From positions 2,112,001 through 2,176,000 of the forward strand of contig CAWIIB010000009.1 in NCBI GenBank assembly GCA_963836075.1: DNA of 64,000 bases, in the 5' to 3' direction. This DNA is from an uncultured Acidobacteriota bacterium (GTDB taxonomy: Bacteria; Acidobacteriota; JAQAZP01). The notes below the pieces were generated by a model. It was not told the DNA's origin and did no database searches. It saw only the letters and a program-made list of their open reading frames with translations. The position numbers were made by a program, and so were the translations under genes. Below, one piece after another: positions 17,252 to 29,156 of the stretch (position 1 is its first letter; each line of letters opens with the position of its first letter).

Positions 17252-19675
17252 TTACGTTGGTGGTGAAGAGCTGCCGCTCCCTCGGGGCAGGGTCACGGTG
17301 AACACCGTTCCGGCGCCAGGCCGACTGTCGACGGAAATGTCACCCTGATGCTCACGAATTATACCATAGCAGATCGAGAGCCCCAGGCCGGTGCCGGCCC
17401 CGGGGGGCCTGGTGGTGAAGAAGGGTTCGAAGATGCGCCGGCGGACATCCTCGGGGATTCCATGGCCGCTGTCCGAAACCGTCACGCAGGCTTTTGACCC
17501 GGCGGTCCGGGTGGCAACGCTCAGCAGCCCGCCCTCCGGCATGGCCTCCAGAGCGTTGCTCATCAGGTTGATCAGCACCTGCTGCAGTTGTCCGGCGTCG
17601 CCGGTCACCTCCAGCGGCTCGGCTGAAAGTTCCAGACGGAAATCGACGGTGGTCCCTTTCAGCAGGTGCTCGAAGAGGGACACCGCCTGACTGGTCACCT
17701 GGTTCAGGTCGGCGGCTACCATGGTGCCGCCCTGCTTGCGCGCGAACTGCAGCAGGGAGGAGACAATATTTTCCGCCCGTTCCGCCTGCAGGCCGATTTT
17801 TTTCAGCATCTCCACCTGCTCCGTTTCGCTGGCATCGGCGGCCACGTTTTCCAGCAGCATTTCGGTGTAACTGGAGATGCCGGTGAGCGGCGTATTGATC
17901 TCGTGCGCCACTCCGGCAGCCAGCTGACCGATGGAGGCCAGCCGCTGCTGCTCCATCAGCCGGTTGGTCAGGGTGCTGTTCTCCAGGGCCATGGCCAGCA
18001 GTTCGGCGGCGGGCCGCAGCGCCTCCAGGTCCTCGCTGGAGAGCAGGGCCCCGCCCCTGCGCGGCCCCATACCGATTGCGCCCAGGCATTGGCCGCCGCC
18101 GGCCCCGGTCATGATCAGCAGCTGGTAACAGCCTTTCCAGGGGGAGGACAGTTGCACCACGCGGCAGCGCCCGTTTCCTGCCCCCTTGCCGATCCCGGTC
18201 TGTTGCCGGGGATCGGGCTGCCGCGCCTGGTCGGGGATTTCGGCGGCGGGGACGAAACGCATGGAGTCAATCTCCATGGCCCGGGCGACGTCGTCCATGA
18301 ACATCTCCACCAGTCGCTCCGGCGGGAGGGCGGGGTCGAGGCGGAAGGGATCGAAATCAGCCAGTCGTTCCCGGTGGTCCATGCGGTCCCCGAAGTGCAG
18401 ACGGTCCGCTGACCGGGCCAGCGAGTCCCTGATTCGAGGGAAGAAGATGGCGGAGATGGTCACCGCGGTCACCGCCCAGAAAATCATGCCGACCGGCCGG
18501 CGGGGATCGGAGAGGGCGGGCACCCAGCGGGAGGCGGCGGACAGGGCCAGAATCACGGTGAAAAGGGTTGCCGCCGAGGAGAGCGAGTAGACCATCGACT
18601 TTTTGAAAACCAGCGGGGCGTCGGCCAGCCGGTAGCGCATCACTGCGACGCTGAAGGCGGCGGGGATCAGTACCAGGGTGAGCAGTGACATGGCCTGCCA
18701 GTCCGCGGGGTAGGAGCCGGCCAGGTAGGGCAGGAAAAAGAGGACCAGCGGCGGCGTTCCTCCCAGCACGGTGCCCAGAGAAATCCAGAGCAGTTGCTGC
18801 CGCTGCACGGGATTGCGGGCCCGGGTGGTGCGCACAGCGGCCACCAGGCCGCCCAGCAGCAGGGCGGCGCCCAGCCAGCCAAGGCTCAGCCTGCGCAGCA
18901 CGGCATACATGGTGGTGGTGGTGTAGGGGTTGCCGGGGCGGGCCAGCAGCCCGAGGTTCCAGGCGACGTAGAGCAGGGCCAGACCGCAGGAAACGGCGAT
19001 GCCCGCGGTGATCACCAGGCGCCGGTGCCACGCTCCCGGGGCGGGAAACCAGATGCAGAACCCCAGAAAGAGCGCCGGTAGGAGCAGGGTGCCGGCATCG
19101 TCGAGGGCGTTGACCAGCAGATCGAAGTTGTCCCAGATGCCGATGGGGGAGAGGAGGGTCAACCCGGCGAAAGAGAAGCAGATGCCGGCCAACAGGAGGC
19201 TCTCCCGGGGCCGGCGGCCGAAGATCCCCACCATGGCGCCGAGGAACAGCGCCGCTGTCCCGGCCAGGACGAGGACAGCGTACAGAAACGTGCCGTCCGG
19301 CTGGCGCACCACCCGCACCACGCGGTTGATCTGACGGCCTTGCCGCAGCATCGTGTAGATGCTCTCCGCGGCCGGCCCTGATGATGCCAGCGCCTGGCCG
19401 TATTCCACCGTCGTACCCACCGGGAGTCCGTTGATTGCGGTGACGATGTCGCCGGTCCTGATGCCGGCCTGCTGTGCCGGGCTGGAGGTGCGAATGCCGA
19501 TGACCTGCAGACCGGCAACAGTGTCGCGGACGGCCAGGCCATCCTGGGGGACATCAACCGCCCACTTGCGCCAGACATTGAATCCGCCGAGGACCAGCAG
19601 TACCAGGAGCAGTAACAGGGTCCAGGTGATCCCGGTCTGCCGGTTCCGCTCTTTCCTGGTTCCACTGCCGATCAC
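17252..19675 (-). CDS. Membrane sensor histidine kinase with extracytoplasmic PDZ domain
   Basis: [20 protein letters not shown] (PDZ); about 9 TM segments; AHEINTPL H-box; [19 protein letters not shown] and GTGLGL boxes. Confidence 0.9.
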   Translation of the reverse strand: MIGSGTRKERNRQTGITWTLLLLLVLLVLGGFNVWRKWAVDVPQDGLAVRDTVAGLQVIGIRTSSPAQQAGIRTGDIVTAINGLPVGTTVEYGQALASSGPAAESIYTMLRQGRQINRVVRVVRQPDGTFLYAVLVLAGTAALFLGAMVGIFGRRPRESLLLAGICFSFAGLTLLSPIGIWDNFDLLVNALDDAGTLLLPALFLGFCIWFPAPGAWHRRLVITAGIAVSCGLALLYVAWNLGLLARPGNPYTTTTMYAVLRRLSLGWLGAALLLGGLVAAVRTTRARNPVQRQQLLWISLGTVLGGTPPLVLFFLPYLAGSYPADWQAMSLLTLVLIPAAFSVAVMRYRLADAPLVFKKSMVYSLSSAATLFTVILALSAASRWVPALSDPRRPVGMIFWAVTAVTISAIFFPRIRDSLARSADRLHFGDRMDHRERLADFDPFRLDPALPPERLVEMFMDDVARAMEIDSMRFVPAAEIPDQARQPDPRQQTGIGKGAGNGRCRVVQLSSPWKGCYQLLIMTGAGGGQCLGAIGMGPRRGGALLSSEDLEALRPAAELLAMALENSTLTNRLMEQQRLASIGQLAAGVAHEINTPLTGISSYTEMLLENVAADASETEQVEMLKKIGLQAERAENIVSSLLQFARKQGGTMVAADLNQVTSQAVSLFEHLLKGTTVDFRLELSAEPLEVTGDAGQLQQVLINLMSNALEAMPEGGLLSVATRTAGSKACVTVSDSGHGIPEDVRRRIFEPFFTTRPPGAGTGLGLSICYGIIREHQGDISVDSRPGAGTVFTVTLPRGSGSSSPPT

Positions 19676-19750
19676 GGTATTCCCCCTGCCTTCAAAATAT
19701 TGGCGGCACCCTCACTCCGTTAAAAAAACAGTCCACCGCTGGATTATCTG

Positions 19751-19766
19751 TGCAATTCTCGTACCA
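19751..19766 (-). promoter_or_regulatory. Sigma54 (-24/-12) promoter of the kinase/NtrC operon
   Basis: Minus strand TGGTAC-GAGAA-TTGCA, one mismatch from TGGCAC-N5-TTGCA, about 75 nt upstream of the kinase start. Palindrome TTACA-G-TGTAA at 19803-19813 lies further upstream. Confidence 0.65.
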
Positions 19767-19998
19767 TCGGAAAATTCGGGTTCGTCGTTTTAAGTTTATT
19801 GTTTACAGTGTAATACGAGATCATTTTTTTCAACCTGCGCCGTGCGATCCATTTCTTTGGATGCCTTCCCGGTAAATACAAATATTTGAATTAGATGTGC
19901 CCCACCCCCCGACACTCTGCGACCGGCTGCCCCCTCTTCATTTTGCGGTTCCCGGCCGATACAATGGTCATACCGGCAATGGGGAGGCACACGAGGGG

Positions 19999-22170
19999 AT
20001 GGTGAAAAGACTGGCCAGCCTGTCAGGGACGGGAATGATGGTCGGGCTCGTGTGTGGCATTCCCTCGGCGATGGAAACCACCCTGACGCTGGCCCGCCAG
20101 GAGGAACCGGTGAGGTGGGTCACCCTCCCCTGGGGCCTGCCGTCCTCGTCGCTGGTGGCGGTGGCGGTTCACGCCGCCGCCCCGCTGGCCGCTGGTATTG
20201 CCCTGGGGCTGCTGGCCGGTGCGGCCGCCGCCCTGGTGGGCCTGGTGCTGGTGCGCGACCCGCAGCACCACCGGCTCCACCGGTCTTACTGGGACGCGGC
20301 GCTCCTCGTCTTTTTCCTCTGTTCCGCTCCACTCTGGCCCCGGCTCCGGGACGCGGTGCACTGGCTTGCCGGTGGGGCCGCCGGCTCACCCATCGCCGTT
20401 CATGGCTCTTGGTGGCCCCGTACGCTGCCGCTTGCCGCGGCTGCGGGCCTGGCGCTTGTGACAACGCTGATCCACTTCATCTCCCGGCGCCGGGATACGG
20501 ACGACCATCCGTCGAGGGAAGGGCAATGGGCTGTGGGTGTCCTGCTCCTGGCGACGGCGCTTCTGTTGGCCGGTCCGATTCGCGGCATCCTGGCCCGCGC
20601 CGGGTTGTCGCTGCTCCCGCTGCTGACCAGCCTCGGCCTGCTGCTGGCGGTACCGCTGCTCCTGATCTTCCTGCTCACCGTCTATCGACCCGGGACCACC
20701 GGCCGCCACTTTGCCGCCGTGGGCGCCCGGGTGCACCGGGCCCGGCTTCCCGGTCGGTTCCAGTATGCCGGCCTGCAGATGCTCTGGGCTGCGCCGGCGG
20801 CACTGCTGCTCTTCACGGCCGCGGCGGCCTTTGCCGGATCACCCCCGGAGGGGGCGATCCTCCGGGCGGGGGAGGCTTCCGGCCGGCGGCCCAACCTGGT
20901 GTTGATTTACATCGACACGCTGCGGCGCGACCACCTTTCCTGCTATGGCCGCAAGCGGTTCACCACGCCCTCCATCGACCGTCTGGCCGCCGGGGCGGTT
21001 CAGTTCCGCAGCGCCACCTCGCCGGCCAGCCACACCGTGCCGGCGGTCTCCAGTGTGATGACCTGCCGCTACCCGCACAACAAGGGCCTGTCCCGGGGCG
21101 AGCCGTTCCAGCTTCCCCGGGACAGCCTGACCCTGGCCGGTCTGCTCCGCGGGGCTGGATATCGCACGGCCGCCTTCATCGGCAACTATGTCCTGGGCCG
21201 CGACTACGACACCCGGATCTGGCAGGGCTTCGAGGTGTTCGACGACCGGTTCCCCCAGCGGGAAGCGGAGCGCCGGGTGCCGGAGCGTGAAGCCGGAGCC
21301 CTGGGGCGGGCCGCGGTGAGCTGGATGCGGGCCCACCAGGAGCAGCGGTTCTTTCTCTGGCTCCACTTCCAGGACCCTCACGGCCCGTACACCCCGCCCG
21401 GCGGTCCGGCGGACAGGGCCACGCTGGCCGAGTATGGCCCGCCGCGGGTCGCTCCGCTGGCACGGGACAATTTCAGCCCCGGCGGTATTCCGGTCTACCA
21501 GCGCCTGGGCGGCGCAAACGATCCCCGTCTCTACCTGGCCGGCTACGACGGGGAGATCGCCCATACCGACCGTCATGTGGGCCTGGTGCTGGCCTGGCTC
21601 CGGCGTCTCGGCCTGGACGAGGAGACCGTGGTGGTGCTGCTCTCCGATCACGGTGAGGCCATGGAGGACGACCACGGGTACTACTTCTGCCACGGCCACG
21701 ACCTCACCGAGGACCAGGTTCGCGTGCCCCTGCTGCTCCGTCTGCCCGGGGGGGGCGGGGGCCGGGTGGTCAACCGGGAGGTCTCCACCCTCGACCTCTT
21801 TCCCACCCTGCTGGGCCTGGCCGGTGTGGACGTTCCGCAGGGACTGCCCGGCCGGGACCTGCTGCGGGCGGCGGAGGAACCCGGCACGGAGCAGGTGGTG
21901 CTGACCTTCACCGGCGGCGGAGTCCTTGCCGTCCGGTCGGGCCCCTGGAAGCTGATCCGGCGCGGCGAAAAGACGTTTCTCTACAACACGGATCTGGACC
22001 CGGATGAAACCGTCGATCTGAGCGGGGTCGAGAGGGAGCGCGCCCTCCTGCTGTCCAGGGAGATGAAGGATGCCCTGGCGGCTGCCGGAAGGCCCGGGGC
22101 CGGCGGTTCCGCTGTCGGGTGGAGTGAGGACGTTCGCCGGCGGCTCCGCGTGCTGGGCTATCTCGACTGA
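19999..22170 (+). CDS. Membrane-anchored sulfatase-like hydrolase/transferase (AlkP superfamily)
   Basis: Multi-TM N-terminus; PNLVLIYIDTLRRDHL, HTVPAVSS, HFQDPHGPY and SDHGE motifs; C-terminal LRVLGYLD. Confidence 0.85.
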   Translation: MVKRLASLSGTGMMVGLVCGIPSAMETTLTLARQEEPVRWVTLPWGLPSSSLVAVAVHAAAPLAAGIALGLLAGAAAALVGLVLVRDPQHHRLHRSYWDAALLVFFLCSAPLWPRLRDAVHWLAGGAAGSPIAVHGSWWPRTLPLAAAAGLALVTTLIHFISRRRDTDDHPSREGQWAVGVLLLATALLLAGPIRGILARAGLSLLPLLTSLGLLLAVPLLLIFLLTVYRPGTTGRHFAAVGARVHRARLPGRFQYAGLQMLWAAPAALLLFTAAAAFAGSPPEGAILRAGEASGRRPNLVLIYIDTLRRDHLSCYGRKRFTTPSIDRLAAGAVQFRSATSPASHTVPAVSSVMTCRYPHNKGLSRGEPFQLPRDSLTLAGLLRGAGYRTAAFIGNYVLGRDYDTRIWQGFEVFDDRFPQREAERRVPEREAGALGRAAVSWMRAHQEQRFFLWLHFQDPHGPYTPPGGPADRATLAEYGPPRVAPLARDNFSPGGIPVYQRLGGANDPRLYLAGYDGEIAHTDRHVGLVLAWLRRLGLDEETVVVLLSDHGEAMEDDHGYYFCHGHDLTEDQVRVPLLLRLPGGGGGRVVNREVSTLDLFPTLLGLAGVDVPQGLPGRDLLRAAEEPGTEQVVLTFTGGGVLAVRSGPWKLIRRGEKTFLYNTDLDPDETVDLSGVERERALLLSREMKDALAAAGRPGAGGSAVGWSEDVRRRLRVLGYLD

Positions 22171-23609
22171 GACGCGGCATCACCGGACAGCCGCAACAGA
22201 TCGGCCACCCGCCGTTCCATGGAAAAATTCAATACCCGCTGGCGGCACGCCTCCCCCATCCGCCGGCGGACGTCGGGGTGCTCCAGCAGGTAGATCAGCT
22301 TTTCAGCCAGCATGTCGGGATCGTCGTGACGGACCACGAAGCCGGTGACACCGTCCTCGATGCCGGGGAAGTTGGCCTGGATCTCCGGCGAGACGATAAC
22401 CGGCAGCCGGCAGGCCATGGCTTCGGCCAGGCTGTAGGGCAGGGTATCCTCCTCGGCCACCCTGACGTAGCAGAGCGACTGGTGGTAGAGCCTGATCACC
22501 TCCTCCTTGTCGATCCCCTGCCGGAATTCGATACGCGGATCGGGTTCGAGGAAATGTTCCCGGAGGTCGACCCGGCTGACCAGCACCAGCCGGACGTCTT
22601 CGGGCAGCCGGGGGATGACCTGGCACAGCGGCACCAGCCCCTTGCGGTGGAAATTCGGCATGGTGGAAACGAAGAGCACCTGGCGCCGCCGTTCCCCGCC
22701 GCCCGCCCGGTCGAGACGGTCCAGGTCCACCGATGGCCCGGCAAAGCGGATGGTGGAAAGCCCGCTGGCCTGCTCCAGCTGTTCCACCTCGGTGGCCGAC
22801 CAGCACCAGTTCTCCCGGGCGCCGCACATGGCCAGCCAGTCGGCCTGCAGCCGGTTCAGGTCGTTGGCCGGCGTGCTGCCCTGGAACTGCAGGTGAATGT
22901 TGAAATAGAGGTGCTCCAGCAGCCGTGTGGTTTGAGCGTCGTCGGGCCTGGTCTTCCCGAACAGATGCCGGGCCAGGGTGAACTTCTGTTCATGGTAAAA
23001 GTCGGAGTAGATCACCGCCGGCCGCCGGCCGATGATGTCGAAGAAAAAGGTGGCCTCCCGGCGGAAGGTGAACAGCAGCAGACCGGCCCGGATACGCGAG
23101 AGCACCGTGCGCAGAAAGTGGTAGTAGCCGAGGTGGGACCGGGGCAGGCCCCGCCCGGTCAGATCTTCGAGGGTCAGCAGCCGCTGCCGCAGGTCCGGGG
23201 CGTCCCGCAGCGTTGCGTCGGGAAAGGGGGGCGGCTGGAGGCTGATCAGCAGGGCCCGGCACCGCTTGTTAAGGTTCCTCCAGAGTTCCAGAGTCTGGAC
23301 AAAGACGCCGGTGGCGCCCTGGTCCACGATCACCAGGTCCCACTCCTGGTCCAGCTCGGGAAAGGGGACAAAGGCCACCGTCCCGGTAAATTCCAGGGCT
23401 GAGCGCAGCGATCCGGGCTCTGTCCCGGCCGACCGGGCGAGGTCACCCAGCGTGGTCCCGCCGGCAAAGAGTGCGGGGTAGACCGGTTCGAGGTTTGCCG
23501 GGAGGTGTGCCACCCCGCCCGACGCCTTGTAGAGGCTCCGGCCGCGGTGAAATACGGCACCGTTGAGGACGGGAATCAGGGGTGCTTCGGTTCGTGATTC
23601 AGGGGACAA
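22158..23609 (-). CDS. Glycosyltransferase family 4 protein with atypical N-terminal domain
   Basis: C-terminal GT-B half: RKGL...EDTLPYSLAEAMACRLPVIVS...IEDGVTGFVV...RRRMGE. Confidence 0.75.
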   Translation of the reverse strand: MSPESRTEAPLIPVLNGAVFHRGRSLYKASGGVAHLPANLEPVYPALFAGGTTLGDLARSAGTEPGSLRSALEFTGTVAFVPFPELDQEWDLVIVDQGATGVFVQTLELWRNLNKRCRALLISLQPPPFPDATLRDAPDLRQRLLTLEDLTGRGLPRSHLGYYHFLRTVLSRIRAGLLLFTFRREATFFFDIIGRRPAVIYSDFYHEQKFTLARHLFGKTRPDDAQTTRLLEHLYFNIHLQFQGSTPANDLNRLQADWLAMCGARENWCWSATEVEQLEQASGLSTIRFAGPSVDLDRLDRAGGGERRRQVLFVSTMPNFHRKGLVPLCQVIPRLPEDVRLVLVSRVDLREHFLEPDPRIEFRQGIDKEEVIRLYHQSLCYVRVAEEDTLPYSLAEAMACRLPVIVSPEIQANFPGIEDGVTGFVVRHDDPDMLAEKLIYLLEHPDVRRRMGEACRQRVLNFSMERRVADLLRLSGDAASQSR

Positions 23610-25740
23610 TTAGAAGTGCACCCTCAGGCCCCCGACGATTCGCCGGTATGGAGAATCCTCGCCGATCAGGGAGTCGACAAGGCCGTGGAAGGACGTCTCA
23701 TCGAGAGCCATGCCGCTGATCGCCATCAGCAGTTGCAGGTCGAGGCCCGCGGTATGCAGGAGCCGCTGGCGCAGACCCACGTCCAGGCCGCTGATCGCCC
23801 CGGCGGGTGAGCGGTGGTGGTCCAGCAGTCGGGTCTCGAGGTTGGTCAGATGATGGTAGGTGACCAGGATGCCGGTGCCCGCTATGGGCAGGAACGTGTC
23901 GAAGTGCCCGGAGACCCCGCGCACACGGCCATTCCCGCCGGGCGCCTCGGTCCACTGGTTGCCGGTGCCCGGTACGGCGGGGAGGGCCAGGATGTCCCCC
24001 TCGCCGTCGAGGATCGAGGTGCCCAGGGTGCCGGAGAGCAACTGTCCGAACTGTTTGGAGAGCGAGAGCCTCATCTCCCGCTTGCGGGCGGCACCGCCGT
24101 CGGAGAGGTAGATCATCCCCCCCCCTGTCGGGCCAAAGGGCGCTGACGGGTCGAAGTCGGTGACCGAAGCGGGCTGAACGTCTTCGACGCTGAGGTCCAG
24201 TGCGAGGTTGTAGCCCCGGCCGAAACCCTGCTCGAGGAGCAGTCCATATTCCAGCCCGCTGTGCAGTTGGCGGGTAGGGTCGTCGTCGCCGGTTTTCAGG
24301 CCCGGCTCGCCATCACTGTCCGATTCGCCCGGCATGGTTGAGCGCAGGGCCAGCCCCACGTTGCTGGTGACGCTCATTCTTTCGAACGGCGCGTAGACCA
24401 GCCCCATGGAAGGCCGGGCCAGCTGGGTGGTGGCCTCACCGCCGGCGATGCGGTATTCCATGTTGCACAGCAGGTGCAGCGGATCGAGGGCTTGCCAGCG
24501 GTCACCCCCGTTGATCACCGTCTCCCACCCTTCGTTGAGCGGGGTGATAAAACCGCCCGGAGCAGCCGCAAGGCCGCCGGTGGAGGTGAAGGGCAGGCCG
24601 CTGGGGTCACCGCTCAGCGAGCCGTGGCGCCAGTGGAAGAACAGTTCGTGGGACGAGGCCCACGTACCCGCGGACCCGGCCCCCCAGCAACAGCAGGGCC
24701 GCCTGGTCTCCGGTGCCGCTCCGCAACCCCGGCTGTGCGATTGTCATGTCGCTGCCGGAGTTGGCCCCCGCGGCATAGAACAGGTCCAGCCCCAGTTCGC
24801 GGCCACTGGTCCCGGTCCGGTTCCAGTGCGCGGCCATCGATCGGACCCCCGGCCCGGTCCCCCGGTCTCCGGTGGTGAACCGCTCCGCCAGCTCCAGCCT
24901 GAAGGTCTGCTCGGGCATTCGGGTGCCGTTGTCGCTGACCGGCATGGAGGAGAGCTCGAATGCCGCCGATTCGGTTCTCACCACCCGCCAGAGCAGCGGC
25001 CCGCCCAGACCGGAACTGAACAGTGACGGGCTGTTTTCTCGGGACAGCTCCACCGCCCAGCGGGTGGGGCCCAGCGCCCGGCCGGCAAGACTGGCCATCA
25101 GGATCGATTGGTCGCCGCCCGCTTCGGTTCCGGCGGAGGCGATCAGCAGATCGCCGGCGATGCCGCCCGTGCCCGCCGGTGCGTGTTCGGCGGGGGGCAG
25201 GCCGTCGGGACGGTCGAGGGCCTTCAGCGCATCGCGGTTGGTGCCGGCCAGGGTTTCGGCCAGGGTGCCCGTTGGTTCAGGGGAGGTCCCGGGCGCCGGT
25301 TGCCGGGCCGGTTGAAGCGCCGGCCGCTGTGCGGCAGCGCCCGATGCCGGAACCACGGTGGCGCCTCCGGTTGGGGCGTCTGGCGGTTCCGGCCCCTCCC
25401 GCAGCACGAACGGAGCCGTGGCCATCTTGCCCGACTCGGCGGCCAACGGCCCCAGTTGAGCCGGCTGGTATCCCGATCGTTCCGCTCGGAGCAGGTAGCT
25501 CCCGGGGAAGAGGCCGATGAACATGAAGCGGCCGTCACTGTCGGTGCGGGTGGATTCGAGGAGGGTGGTGCCCGATTCGTCCATCAGGAAGATGTTGGCC
25601 CGGATCAACCCGTGGCCCGGTTCGTCCACCACGATGCCGCAGATGGTGCCGGTCCGTTCCTTGGCGGCCAGCGATGCCGCGGGAAGGAGCAGCAGCAGGA
25701 CCATCAGCCAGATGCCGGTGCGCTGGAGGGGTTGCCGCAC
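23610..25740 (-). pseudogene. Exported carboxypeptidase-regulatory-like domain / beta-barrel-like protein interrupted by a +1 frameshift (pseudogene or sequencing error)
   Basis: GTG 25740 with RBS AGGAGAG; signal peptide; GTICGIVVDE...TRTDSDGRFMF...GSYLLRAERSGY domain. The frame stops at 24607, but the +1 frame reads GTWASSHELFFHWRHG... straight into ORF 23610..24518, which ends ...GGLRVHF. Total length is 3n+1. Confidence 0.65.
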
Positions 25741-25889
25741 GGTATCCTCTCCTGGTGACGGGCCGAGGGGCGGGCACAAAACAGCAGCCTGCCGGCACAT
25801 CGGGGCCCGTGTAAAATCGTCCTCCCTATTAATATACCAGTTTACTGTCAACAAATCATCCCGAAAAGACAGCTTCGGAACGATTCCGG

Positions 25890-27512
<1,623 letters not shown>

Positions 27513-27546
27513 ATCCTGGTGCTCCTCCTCAGGTTTCCTGGTCAAC

Positions 27547-28353
27547 TCAATGTGTCCCGTCGGGTTTGCCGGCCCGCTGGCCTCCGGCCTCTTCCCAGAT
27601 CCACTGCCAGAGCGCTGACACCCTGCAGGTCGCCCTGGAGACGGAGACCGATGAGATGGCGAACGGGGTGGACCTGGCGTCGAAGGCGGCCCACGGCCCG
27701 GTTTCCCGGGTCCCGGCAGGCACGTGCGTGTGGAGATCCTTCCGGTAGCCGGCCGACAGTTTCAGACCCTGCCGGAGGTAGTCGGCCGGGTCGATCCGTC
27801 CCTCCAGCAGGTCACGCCGGGCCGGGCCGTCACGGCCGTCGATCACAAAGGGGATCAGGTGCAGCATCCGTTCGGTAAACAGCTGGAATCCCCGGTGGGA
27901 TGGTGCCGGCTTCCCGCCGCCGGCGAGAAACGGGTCTGCGGTTGCGGCGGCCAGCACGCCCACCCGGCCCAGCTGGCGGGCGGTCAGGGCGAAGGGCTGC
28001 TGTTCACGAATCATCCGCACCGCGGCCTCGCATTCGGCGACGATCAGTTCGGGCCTCAACGGTGGCCTTGAGGAGGGCAGGGTCGCCGTCGGCTGGTACA
28101 ACTCATCACGGTGGCCGGTGAGCACGATACGCAGCGACCGGGGCATGGTCCCCAGGGCCCGGGCCAGGATGGCCCGCTCGGTGGTGCCGGTCCAGGCGCC
28201 CGCCGGCGCCGCGGCGAAGGCAAGGAGCACCGGAACAAGCAGTGCCAGGAACCATGCCCGCACCGCGCGGTGCTTCAGATCAACTCTTTTCAGCGGCAGC
28301 ATCATCAGTAATACCCGGTGGGAATTAGTGAAGTATGGAAGATATTGCATCAC
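27547..28353 (-). CDS. Exported hypothetical protein, distant S1-P1 / Zn-phospholipase C-like fold possible
   Basis: Signal peptide ending APAGA then W (WTGTTERAIL); helical. The true start is probably downstream of 28353. Confidence 0.45.
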   Translation of the reverse strand: MMQYLPYFTNSHRVLLMMLPLKRVDLKHRAVRAWFLALLVPVLLAFAAAPAGAWTGTTERAILARALGTMPRSLRIVLTGHRDELYQPTATLPSSRPPLRPELIVAECEAAVRMIREQQPFALTARQLGRVGVLAAATADPFLAGGGKPAPSHRGFQLFTERMLHLIPFVIDGRDGPARRDLLEGRIDPADYLRQGLKLSAGYRKDLHTHVPAGTRETGPWAAFDARSTPFAISSVSVSRATCRVSALWQWIWEEAGGQRAGKPDGTH

Positions 28354-28498
28354 CCTGGGGATGTCAATGGACTGTCAGCCGAGCCATGAATCTGGCTAAA
28401 ACTGTCATACTCCACAGAATTTGTGGGAAGAGTGTGTTTTTTTCGTTCTTTTACCCGTGTACATCCGCAAAAGCTCTGAAATTAGGCAATTGATCAGG

Positions 28499-28528
28499 TT
28501 GACATACGCTCTTTTCATATGATATAGA
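28499..28528 (+). promoter_or_regulatory. Sigma70 promoter upstream of the cold-shock gene, giving a long 5' UTR
   Basis: TTGACA-N18-TATAGA with TG upstream of the -10, in an AT-rich region. Confidence 0.45.
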
Positions 28529-28829
28529 GATAACAATTCTGAAACTGGAATCCAAAAACACGGATGATAAAGGCGGATGTTTTAGAGTTCAGGCCGAAGT
28601 CATGACACCGCTTTTACAATTTGATCAGTTTTTGGTTCCATGGTAGTAGCAGTCTCGTGTACCCCCACGAGGAAATAAACAATAACAATAATTACTGTTT
28701 ATTCGAAGGGATTGTGCTGCCCCGGGATTGGCCGAGGAGTTCTGAAACGTCGGAAGCCCCGAATGCTGGCTCAGGATGCGGTATTCTACCTGTGGTCGGG
28801 GCTCCGAATACGGAGGCAGGGTTTTAGCC

Positions 28830-29039
28830 ATGAGAATGGTCGGCAAGGTGAAGTGGTTCAACAACAGCAAGGGGTGGGGGTTCATCGAGCGCAGCGGGGA
28901 AACCGATGTTTTCGTCCACTACTCCTCCATTGAGGAGGAAGGGTTCCGAACCCTCAAGGAGGGGGAGGACGTGGAGTTCGAGATCATCGATGGCCCGAAA
29001 GGCCCTCAGGCGGAAAGCGTACGCAAGCTCATGGATTGA
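28830..29039 (+). CDS. csp: Cold-shock domain protein
   Basis: [15 protein letters not shown]...DVFVHYSSI...GFRTLKEG...GPKGPQA (RNP1/RNP2 motifs). Confidence 0.96.
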   Translation: MRMVGKVKWFNNSKGWGFIERSGETDVFVHYSSIEEEGFRTLKEGEDVEFEIIDGPKGPQAESVRKLMD

Positions 29040-29074
29040 ACCAGTTTGACGGAATAGCCTGATCGATTAGAATG

Positions 29075-29123
29075 ATCCCTGGCCTTGAGACCTCCATTGG
29101 TCTGGCCGGGGATTTTTCGTTTT
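29075..29123 (+). terminator. Intrinsic terminator after csp
   Basis: ATCCCTGGCC...GGCCGGGGAT stem followed by TTTTCGTTTT. Confidence 0.7.
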
Positions 29124-29156
29124 GGAGGGCACGTTGTTTTTTGAAGGCAGGCGCCC

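Noticed and set aside
9183-24609. Selenocysteine read-through of UGA stops in precursors, the rSAM or the split gene (selA/selB are present)
   Set aside because: The UGAs align with the true termini of paralogs (one paralog ends in TAA), do not correspond to Cys positions, and the split gene needs a frameshift rather than read-through.
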